From: Alphaproteobacteria bacterium
Lineage (GTDB): Bacteria; Pseudomonadota; Alphaproteobacteria; Bin95
Assembly (NCBI GenBank): GCA_965200785.1
Contig: CBDAVA010000003.1
Coordinates: 2,086,205-2,150,204 of the forward strand
DNA: 64,000 nucleotides
Direction: 5' to 3'
Made by a program: the position numbers and the translations under genes
Shown here: positions 57,057-64,000 of the stretch, one piece after another
Layout: each line of letters starts with the position of its first letter
How positions within the stretch are numbered: position 1 is the stretch's first letter
Notes under the pieces: model-generated
Seen by the model: the letters and a program-made list of their open reading frames with translations, nothing else
Told to the model about the DNA's origin: nothing
The model's database searches: none

Positions 57057-57845
57057 CTACACGACCGGGCTGCGGTTGCCGTCCACATTGATGGCTGTTC
57101 CGGTGATGTAGGAGCCGGCGTCGGAAGCGAGGAAGCAGGCGATATTGGCGAACTCCTCGGCCTCGCCGAAGCGGCCGAGCGGCACGGCGAGCCGGCCCGC
57201 CATTTCCGCGATCCAAGTGTCGAAATCGGCGTCGGGAGCGGCGGCGTCGTAGCGGCGGCGCCACTGTTCGGAGCGGATGAACCCGGTGAGCAGCGCATTG
57301 ACGAGCACGCCATGGGGCGCGCCCTCGCCGGCCAGCACCTTGGTGAGCGCCATGCCGGCGGCGCGCGACACGGCTGTTGGGGCCCCGCCGGCCTGGGGAG
57401 CCTTGGCGCCGACATTCAGCACATTGATGATCCGGCCCCAGCCGCGCGCCTTCATGTCCGGCAGCGCCAGCCGGGAAAGCCGGATGGCGGCGAAGAGCTT
57501 GAGGTCGAGATCGCCCTGCCAGGTCGCATCGTCGATCTCCTCGAATCTGCCGGTCTGCGACGTCCCGGCATTGTTGACCAGAATGTCCACGGCGCCGAAG
57601 CGCGCGACCGCTTCCCGGTATATCCGCTCGCAATCCGCCGCCTTGCTGACATCGGCGGCGAATGCAGCGCCCCGACCGTGCGCAACAGCCTCGATCGCGG
57701 CCAGCGCATCGTCCAGCGGCCCCTGCCGCCGCGCTGCAATGACCACCGATGCGCCTGCTCCGGCAAATTTCACCGCCATCGCCCGGCCCATGCCCTCGCT
57801 GCCGCCGGTGACAAGCGCTGTGCGCCCGGTCATGTCTATCTGCAT
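57057..57845 (-). CDS. SDR-family oxidoreductase.
   Basis: GRTALVTGGSEGMG, NNAG and an SDR-typical length. Confidence 0.85.
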   Translation of the reverse strand: MQIDMTGRTALVTGGSEGMGRAMAVKFAGAGASVVIAARRQGPLDDALAAIEAVAHGRGAAFAADVSKAADCERIYREAVARFGAVDILVNNAGTSQTGRFEEIDDATWQGDLDLKLFAAIRLSRLALPDMKARGWGRIINVLNVGAKAPQAGGAPTAVSRAAGMALTKVLAGEGAPHGVLVNALLTGFIRSEQWRRRYDAAAPDADFDTWIAEMAGRLAVPLGRFGEAEEFANIACFLASDAGSYITGTAINVDGNRSPVV

Positions 57846-57936
57846 GTTCGTTTCCCCTCCTTCGGTGGAATATCTGCCGGCGCCCGTCTATGGGATTTCC
57901 GCCGCCGCGCGCAATGCCCGGCTTGCGGGAGCCGGG

Positions 57937-58500
57937 TCAGCGAATCACCGGATGATGGCCTCCGGCCTCCGGCGCAAGCCGCCCGTCGAGGCGCGGGTCC
58001 GGCTCGATCTGGATGCGGCGGCGCACAGCGCGAAAACCGCAGGCGAGATAAAAGCGAAGCGCCGCGGGGTGGTCGAAGGTGCAGGTATGCAGCCAGACGT
58101 TGCGCACGTCTTCGCGCCAGGCCCGCTCCAGCGCCGCCGCCATCAGGCTCCGCCCCCGGCCCTGCCCGGTCCGGGAAGGAACGAGCCCGAAAAACGCAAT
58201 CTCGCAGAGGCCCTGCTCGCGAAAGTCGAGCTCGACGAGGCTGTCATCGTCCATGCCGACATAGACCTCCACCCGCGGATCCTGCAGGATTTCCGCCAGC
58301 GCGGCATCCGACAGGGACGCGCGGGAGAACCAGAGCCAGGTCTCGCCGATTTCCCGGAACAGCGCGCGATAGGCGGAGAGGGACAGGCGGCGGCGTCTCA
58401 ACCCGGCGGCCGGCCCCGGCCCCGGATTGGCCGGCGGCGCCGTCATCTCCAAATCGGTGACGACGGCTGCGACATGGCCCGGCGGCACATCGAGCATCAT
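57937..58500 (-). CDS. GNAT-family N-acetyltransferase.
   Basis: 187 aa with an acetyl-CoA-binding region (…GLVPSRTGQGRGRSLM…). The ATG at 58500 overlaps the stop of the upstream CoA-transferase gene (ATGA). Confidence 0.75.
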   Translation of the reverse strand: MMLDVPPGHVAAVVTDLEMTAPPANPGPGPAAGLRRRRLSLSAYRALFREIGETWLWFSRASLSDAALAEILQDPRVEVYVGMDDDSLVELDFREQGLCEIAFFGLVPSRTGQGRGRSLMAAALERAWREDVRNVWLHTCTFDHPAALRFYLACGFRAVRRRIQIEPDPRLDGRLAPEAGGHHPVIR

Positions 58501-59693
58501 GATTCGGCCGCCGCGGCGCCGGACGCCAGAAGCTGCTCGACCGCAGCATCGTCGAAGCCGGCTTCTGCCAGGATTTCCCGCGTGTGCTGGCCCTGCCGCG
58601 GCGGCGGGCGGCGAATCGACGCCGGCGACCGGTTGAGCGTGAGCGACGGCGCCATCAGCCGCAGCCGGCCCTCGCTCGGATGGTCGATTTCGTGCCAGAA
58701 GCCGACCTCGGCCAGATGCGGATCCGCCACCACCTGTTCCAGGCTCCGGACCGGCATACAGGGCACGCCGGCCTCTGTCAGCGGCCCGGCCCATTCCTCT
58801 GTGGTCTTCTCCAGCATCCAGCTTTCCAGCTCGGCCTGTATCTCGTCCCGGCGCGCGAAACGGGCCCTGCGCGTCGCGTAGCGCGGATCGTCCATCAATT
58901 CCGGCCGCCCGGCGGCTTCCAGCACGGCGCGCCAATGCTTGTCCGAAGACGCCAGAACGCAGATGAAGCCGTCCTTCGTCGCCATCGGCCAGCGTTTCGG
59001 CGTCGCATGACGCTCGGACCCTACCCGGTCCAGCGCCGGCACGAAAGTCTCGCCCCAGAGATGCTCCAGCATGGTGAAGCCGGTCATGCTCTCGAACATG
59101 GGCACCTCGACTTCCTGCCCCTCGCCCGTCGCCAGCCGGTGATAGAGCGCGCCGGAAACCGCCAGCGCCGCAAACAGCGCCGTCGTCTTGTCGGCGATCA
59201 GCATCGGCACATATTTCGCCTGGCCGGTTGCGAACCCCTCCAGCGCGGCAAGGCCGGCGCCGGCCTGGATCACATCATCGAAAGCGGCCCGCCCGGCATA
59301 GGGGCCGCCGCGCCCGAACCCCCAGATATTGCAGAAGATGATATCCGGCCGGATTTCCGAGACGCGCGGATAGTCGAGGCCGAGGCGCTCCAGCGGCTCC
59401 GGGCGCATGTTGTGGACGAAGACATCGGCGGTTTCGAGCAAGCGGCGGACCGCCTGCTTGCCGCCGCCGGTCTTGAGGTCGAGGACAATGCTGCGCTTGT
59501 TCCGGTTGACGTGCATCCAGTGCGAGGTCATGCCCGGATTGCGGTGCGGACCGACCAGTCTCGACAGGTCGCCCTCCGGCGCTTCGATCTTGATGACATC
59601 GGCGCCAAGGTCGCCGAGGAACTGGCTGGTATAGGGGCCGACGATCACCGTCGTCAGGTCGATGACCCTGAGACCGTCGAACGGACCCGGCAT
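58497..59693 (-). CDS. Family III CoA-transferase (CaiB/BaiF).
   Basis: 398 aa with a canonical domain order (GLRVIDLTTVIVGPYTSQFLGDLGADVIKIE…). The ATG at 59693 lies within ORF 58497-60080. Confidence 0.85.
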   Translation of the reverse strand: MPGPFDGLRVIDLTTVIVGPYTSQFLGDLGADVIKIEAPEGDLSRLVGPHRNPGMTSHWMHVNRNKRSIVLDLKTGGGKQAVRRLLETADVFVHNMRPEPLERLGLDYPRVSEIRPDIIFCNIWGFGRGGPYAGRAAFDDVIQAGAGLAALEGFATGQAKYVPMLIADKTTALFAALAVSGALYHRLATGEGQEVEVPMFESMTGFTMLEHLWGETFVPALDRVGSERHATPKRWPMATKDGFICVLASSDKHWRAVLEAAGRPELMDDPRYATRRARFARRDEIQAELESWMLEKTTEEWAGPLTEAGVPCMPVRSLEQVVADPHLAEVGFWHEIDHPSEGRLRLMAPSLTLNRSPASIRRPPPRQGQHTREILAEAGFDDAAVEQLLASGAAAAES

Positions 59694-59854
59694 GGCCGCA
59701 TTCTCCTTCCGCCCGCGGCCTCGGAGGCGGCGGGGCTGTTCCAGGCAGGCGGCGGACCGGTTTGCGACCGGGCCGCGATTCCTGCATTCTTCGCCGGAAA
59801 GCGCCGCCGTTGGAAGCCTCGCGGCGGCCGGCCCCTGCTTCCGGAGACCGTTCC

Positions 59855-61258
59855 ATGCCGCGCGACCGCAGCGAAACGCCGGCCCTGACAGCCGAACTCG
59901 CCCACTGGATTGCGGGGCTGCGCCCGGAGGCGCTGCCCGACAGCACCCGGTATGCGGCGCGCCTGGCGCTGCTGGATACGCTCGGCGCAGCGCTTCACGG
60001 GCGCCGGGAATTCTGGGCCGGGACGACACTCGCCTGGACGCGGCAGGGCTGGGCGACCGCCGGCGGGGAGGGTCTCGCAACGGTCTGGGGCGAGGCGCAT
60101 CCCTCGCTGCGGCCCGCAGATGCCGCGTTGGTGAACGGTGTGGCGGCCCATGCCTTTGAACTCGATGATTTCATCGCCAAGCTGCATCCGGGCGCTGCCG
60201 TCATTCCGGCCGCCCTGGCGCTTGCCGAGCGCCTCGGCAGCAAGGGCAGCGCCATCGAGACGGCAATTGCCGCCGGCTACGAAATCATGGTTCGCGCGTC
60301 GCGCGCCCTGGATCCGAACGCCGCGCGGCTGCGCGGCTGGCACCTGACGGGCGTGTGCGGCCCGCTTGGCGCAGCGGCGGCAGGCGCGGTCCTGCTGGGC
60401 CTCGATGCGGAGGCGGCCGCCTGGGCGTTGGGCCTCGGCGCGACGCAGGGCGCCGGCCTCTTCGCCTTCAACGCGGACGGCGCGATGAGCAAGCGCCTGC
60501 ATCCCGGGCGGGCGGCCCAGGCCGGCGTCATGGCGGCCGAACTCGCGGCGATGGGCTTTACCGGGCCGGCGAGCGTGATGGAAACCGATGACGGCGGGTT
60601 CCTCGACGCATTCTCCGATGCCGCCCGGCCCGAACTCCTGCTCGACGGGCTCGGGAGCAGCTGGGCCGTGGAGCAGGTCTATTTCAAGCCCTACTCCTGT
60701 TGCGGGTCGCTGCACGCTTATGTCGATGCCGCCCGCGAACTCCGCCGCCGGCTGGGCTGTATGCCTGCGCCGGACGAAACCGTACGCGCCGGCCTGCCGC
60801 AGGTCGTCGATGTCCAGTGCGGATTCGATTACGACCCGGGCACCGTGTTGAACGGCCAGATGAGCGCACGATTCACCATCGCCGCCGCGCTGGCGGACGG
60901 CAATGCGCTTCCGGCGCAATATACCGATGAACGCCTGCACGATCCGGAACTGGTCGCCCTCGCCCGGCGGATCGAGCTTGTGCCGGATGCGGAGCTGGAC
61001 CGCATCTATCCGAAGAACTATCCGGGATGGGTCGAGATTGTGCGCCGGGACGGCCGGGTGGAGCGGTCCGAAACCCTCGATCCGTCCGGCGCGCCGGACC
61101 ATCCGGAGCGCGAGGCGGCGCTGTTCGCAAAATATGACGCCCTCGCGGGGGAAGCCGTTGGCGGCGGCGCGGCGGCGCGGCTGAAGAGCGTCCTGATGGC
61201 GCTTCCGGAGCATGATGCGGCCGCTGTGACGGCCGCTGCGGCGTCCGAAACGGCGTGA
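59855..61258 (+). CDS. MmgE/PrpD-family protein (2-methylcitrate dehydratase-like).
   Basis: 467 aa with PrpD-family N- and C-domains. The ATG at 59855 lies within ORF 59762-61258. Confidence 0.8.
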   Translation: MPRDRSETPALTAELAHWIAGLRPEALPDSTRYAARLALLDTLGAALHGRREFWAGTTLAWTRQGWATAGGEGLATVWGEAHPSLRPADAALVNGVAAHAFELDDFIAKLHPGAAVIPAALALAERLGSKGSAIETAIAAGYEIMVRASRALDPNAARLRGWHLTGVCGPLGAAAAGAVLLGLDAEAAAWALGLGATQGAGLFAFNADGAMSKRLHPGRAAQAGVMAAELAAMGFTGPASVMETDDGGFLDAFSDAARPELLLDGLGSSWAVEQVYFKPYSCCGSLHAYVDAARELRRRLGCMPAPDETVRAGLPQVVDVQCGFDYDPGTVLNGQMSARFTIAAALADGNALPAQYTDERLHDPELVALARRIELVPDAELDRIYPKNYPGWVEIVRRDGRVERSETLDPSGAPDHPEREAALFAKYDALAGEAVGGGAAARLKSVLMALPEHDAAAVTAAAASETA

Positions 61259-61755
61259 GCGGCGCCATGCCCGCCACGCCGGAGGAGCTGTTTGCCCGCC
61301 TCGACGATATGGGGATTGTCCACCGGACGGTCCACCATGCGCCGGTATTCACTGTGGAGGAGAACCGGGCGCTGCGCGGCGGTATCGCCGGAGGGCATTG
61401 CAAGAACCTGTTCCTCAAAAACAGGAAGAACGCCTGCTGGCTGGTCGTCTGCCTGGAAGACACCGCGATCGATCTGAAAGCGCTTGGCGGACGGATCGGC
61501 GCCGGGCGGCCCTCTTTCGGCTCGGCGGACCGTCTCATGGAGGCGCTTGGCGTGCTTCCCGGCGCCGTCACGCCATTCGCCCTTATCAACGACCGGATGC
61601 AGCGCGTGCAGCCGGTCCTGCAGGCGCGGATGCTGGAAATATCGCCGCTCAACTATCACCCGCTGCGCAACGACCAGACGACCGCCATCGCCCCCGGAGA
61701 CCTGGTGCGGTTTATCGAGAATTGCGGCCACAGTCCTAAGATTGTTGATTTTTAG
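61255..61755 (+). CDS. YbaK/ProX-family aminoacyl-tRNA deacylase (prolyl-tRNA editing domain protein).
   Basis: Has the HCKNLFLK motif and the GxxxP region of YbaK-like editing domains. It overlaps prpD-like by 4 nt. Confidence 0.75.
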   Translation: MSGAMPATPEELFARLDDMGIVHRTVHHAPVFTVEENRALRGGIAGGHCKNLFLKNRKNACWLVVCLEDTAIDLKALGGRIGAGRPSFGSADRLMEALGVLPGAVTPFALINDRMQRVQPVLQARMLEISPLNYHPLRNDQTTAIAPGDLVRFIENCGHSPKIVDF

Positions 61756-61863
61756 CCGGGGTTCAGACGCCAGACCGCGCCGGTGTTGCAGGCAAAGCGA
61801 TTTATCGTCGCTGCACCCTCGCCAAAGAGCCGCGCTTGGCTTTAGAATAGGGTATCCGAAGAG

Positions 61864-61900
61864 CGGCCGGCCGGTTCTGCGGTTCTGGCCGGAATCTTTT
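61864..61900 (+). terminator. Possible intrinsic terminator downstream of the prpD-like/ybaK-like pair.
   Basis: CCGGCC…GGCCGG forms a 6-bp all-GC stem with a long loop, followed by TCTTTTT. The evidence is weak. Confidence 0.3.
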
Positions 61901-61930
61901 TGCGCGACCATGCGAGATTGAGGAGGAAGG

Positions 61931-62797
61931 ATGTACGCACCGAGTTTCGCTGCGCCCACGACGGTGGCCGAAGCGGTGCAGCTACTGGCGAATGCGAGCG
62001 GCGTCGCCAGGGTGCTGGCGGGGGGCACGGACCTCCTCGTCCAATTGCGGTCCGGCATGTTGAAGCCGGACCTGATCGTCGATGCCAAGCAGATTCCCGA
62101 ACTGCGGACGATCTCGACCGAGGGCGGCGGTTATCGCATCGGCGCGGCCGTTTCCGGAGCCGAGGCCGGCGAACATCCCGGCCTGTCGAAGGATTGGCCG
62201 GGCGTCGTCGAGGCCGTGGAGTTGATTGGCTCGACGCAAATCCAGGGGCGCGCCTCTTTTGTCGGCAATCTCTGCAATGCGTCCCCGGCGGCCGACTCGG
62301 TGCCGGCGCTGGTGGCGGCCGGAGCCACGGCCGTCATCGCCGGGCCTGACGGCGAGCGCGAGGTCGCGGTCGAGGACGTGCCGACCGCGCCGGGGCGCAC
62401 GTCGCTTGCCAAGGGCGAGCTCGTGGTGGCGGTCAAGCTGCCGCCGAAGCCCGCGCGCACGGGCGACTCCTATCTGCGGTTCATTCCGCGCACCGAGATG
62501 GATATCGCCGTGGTCGGCGCCGGCGTCTGCGTGACTCTGGATGCGGACGGCGTGTGCACGGCGGCGAAGGTGTCGCTCGGCGCGGTTGCGCCGACAGTGC
62601 TGGTGGTTGGCGATGCAGCGGCTGCGCTGGTCGGGAGCAAGCTCGACGATGCGGCCCTCGCCGGGCTCGACGCCGCGGCGCAGGCAGCCTGCAGCCCGAT
62701 TGACGACAAGCGCGGCACCATCGAATACCGGACCAAGGTTGCAGGCGTGCTGGCGCGCCGCGCGGCCGCCATTGCCTTCCAGCGTGCAGGAGCCTGA
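61931..62797 (+). CDS. FAD-binding medium subunit of a molybdenum hydroxylase (CoxM/XdhB-like).
   Basis: The FAD-binding PCMH-type domain motif LAGGTDLLV is present. The ATG is preceded by GAGGAGGAAGG. Confidence 0.85.
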   Translation: MYAPSFAAPTTVAEAVQLLANASGVARVLAGGTDLLVQLRSGMLKPDLIVDAKQIPELRTISTEGGGYRIGAAVSGAEAGEHPGLSKDWPGVVEAVELIGSTQIQGRASFVGNLCNASPAADSVPALVAAGATAVIAGPDGEREVAVEDVPTAPGRTSLAKGELVVAVKLPPKPARTGDSYLRFIPRTEMDIAVVGAGVCVTLDADGVCTAAKVSLGAVAPTVLVVGDAAAALVGSKLDDAALAGLDAAAQAACSPIDDKRGTIEYRTKVAGVLARRAAAIAFQRAGA

Positions 62798-62806
62798 ACC
62801 GAGACC

Positions 62807-63286
62807 ATGGCGAAACACCATATTTCCACCACGATCAACGGCGAGCCGGTCGAGTTCCTCTGCAATACCGAGCAGACCATGCTCGATGTGCTGCGGGATG
62901 AATTGCATCTCACCGGCACCAAGGAAGGCTGCGGCACAGGCGACTGCGGAGCCTGTTCCATCACTGTCGATGGCCGCCTTGTGTGCTCTTGCCTGATGCT
63001 GGGCGTCGAGGCCGAGGGGCATGCTGTCGAGACCATCGAAGGCATGGCCGACGGAGACCAACTGCACCCGCTGCAGCAGAAGTTCCTGGAATATGCGGCG
63101 CTGCAATGCGGCATCTGCACGCCGGGCTTCCTGATTGCATCAAAGGCGCTGCTGGAGCGCAATCCGGACCCGACCGAAGAGGAAGCGCGCTACTGGCTCG
63201 CCGGCAATCTCTGCCGCTGCACCGGCTACGACAAGATTATTCGCGCCGTGCTCGACACGGCCGCCGACATGCGAGGAGCATCCTGA
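62807..63286 (+). CDS. (2Fe-2S)-binding small subunit of a molybdenum hydroxylase (CoxS-like).
   Basis: Two [2Fe-2S] motifs are present (CGTGDCGACS and CGICTPGF…CRCTGY). Confidence 0.85.
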   Translation: MAKHHISTTINGEPVEFLCNTEQTMLDVLRDELHLTGTKEGCGTGDCGACSITVDGRLVCSCLMLGVEAEGHAVETIEGMADGDQLHPLQQKFLEYAALQCGICTPGFLIASKALLERNPDPTEEEARYWLAGNLCRCTGYDKIIRAVLDTAADMRGAS

Positions 63287-63287
63287 T

Positions 63288-64000
63288 ATGGCACCTGACG
63301 GAACCCCTGCCCTCAAGGTCGTCGGCACCCGGCCGATCCGCCCGGACGGCGTTGACAAGGTCACCGGGCGCGCCCAGTTCGGCGCCGATTTCCAGCTTCC
63401 GGGCCAGCTTATCGGCAAGGTGCTGCGCAGCCCGCACGCCCATGCCCGCATTCGTTCGATCGACACTTCCGGGGCGAAGGCGATTCCCGGCGTCAAGGCG
63501 GTGATGACCGCCGCCGACATGCCGGAGATTACCAACGAGGAAGCGTTTGTCGGCGAAGGCCCGGCGGATTTCCGCGACATGTCGTGCAACACGATGGCGC
63601 GCGAAAAGGCGCTGTATGACGGCCATGCCGTTGCGGCGGTCGCGGCCACCAGCAACGCTGCGGCCGATGCCGCCCTTGCGGCTATCGAGGTCGATTACGA
63701 AGTGCTGCCGCATGTCATAGAGGTCGATGAGGCGATGGCCGAAGGCGCGCCCGTCCTGCATGACGACATGTTCACCTCGGGCGTTACGCCGAAGCCCGAA
63801 ACGCCGTCCAATGTCGCCAAGCGGATGGTGTTCCAGCTGGGCGACGTGGATGCTGCTTTCGACAAGGCCGATGTCGTCATCGAGCGCAGCTACAAGACCG
63901 CGCCGGTGCATCAGGGCTATATCGAGCCTCATGCCTGCGTCGCGCAATATGCCGCCGACGGGCAGGTCCAGATTTACTGCTCGAGCCAGGGCCAGTTCAT
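63288..64000 (+). CDS. Molybdopterin-binding large subunit of a molybdenum hydroxylase (CoxL/XdhA-like), 5' partial.
   Basis: The N-terminal region of the aldehyde oxidase/xanthine dehydrogenase a/b hammerhead domain is present. The ATG at 63288 overlaps the coxS-like stop. It runs off the window end. Confidence 0.8.
   Translation, partial: MAPDGTPALKVVGTRPIRPDGVDKVTGRAQFGADFQLPGQLIGKVLRSPHAHARIRSIDTSGAKAIPGVKAVMTAADMPEITNEEAFVGEGPADFRDMSCNTMAREKALYDGHAVAAVAATSNAAADAALAAIEVDYEVLPHVIEVDEAMAEGAPVLHDDMFTSGVTPKPETPSNVAKRMVFQLGDVDAAFDKADVVIERSYKTAPVHQGYIEPHACVAQYAADGQVQIYCSSQGQF

Noticed and set aside
61755-61931. A candidate sigma70 promoter for the cox-like operon (TTGGCT / TAGAAT near 61836-61850).
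   Set aside because: The hexamer spacing is only ~2-3 nt, so these cannot be a functional -35/-10 pair. Only the strong RBS (GAGGAGGAAGG) before the coxM-like ATG is convincing.

Overview
This is a 64 kb, high-GC (~65-70%) chromosomal segment of alphaproteobacterial type with about 60 protein-coding genes, two tRNA genes, and four copies of a dispersed GC-rich palindromic repeat. Housekeeping blocks (ispH-thrB-rnhA, zf-CHCC-polA, metG-tatD, holB-tmk, dacC-rlpA-mltB) alternate with accessory blocks: a PIN/RHH toxin-antitoxin pair, a TusA + persulfide-dioxygenase-like pair, several SDR/CoA-ligase/CoA-transferase/MaoC/LLM catabolic genes, two multicopper oxidases, a Rieske oxygenase, a benzoylformate-decarboxylase-like ThDP enzyme, and the start of a coxMSL (CO dehydrogenase/xanthine dehydrogenase family) operon. 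Five things stand out. (1) A long ORF at 6520-8175 is interrupted only by an in-frame TGA inside a D-U-G-S-C motif, with an 8-bp hairpin starting 11 nt downstream; this is a candidate selenocysteine (UGSC-type) selenoprotein with a SECIS-like element. (2) A previously unrecognised signalling cluster at 39.3-48.9 kb carries four paralogous periplasmic sensor + TM + HAMP modules: two short stubs, one fused to an MFS transporter and one fused to a PP2C (SpoIIE/RsbU) phosphatase. Two Ddl-like ATP-grasp ligases and a periplasmic solute-binding protein sit between them, joined by 4-nt overlap coupling. (3) Two apparent in-frame gene fusions occur: an MntR/DtxR-type metalloregulator fused to oligopeptidase B, and an MBL-fold hydrolase fused to MazG through an anomalously AT-rich linker. 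(4) A CaiB-family CoA-transferase appears circularly permuted. (5) A low-GC cueO-like copper oxidase lies next to tRNA-Ser and a repeat remnant. All coordinates were read by eye from the sequence and ORF track, and gene starts are approximate where noted.
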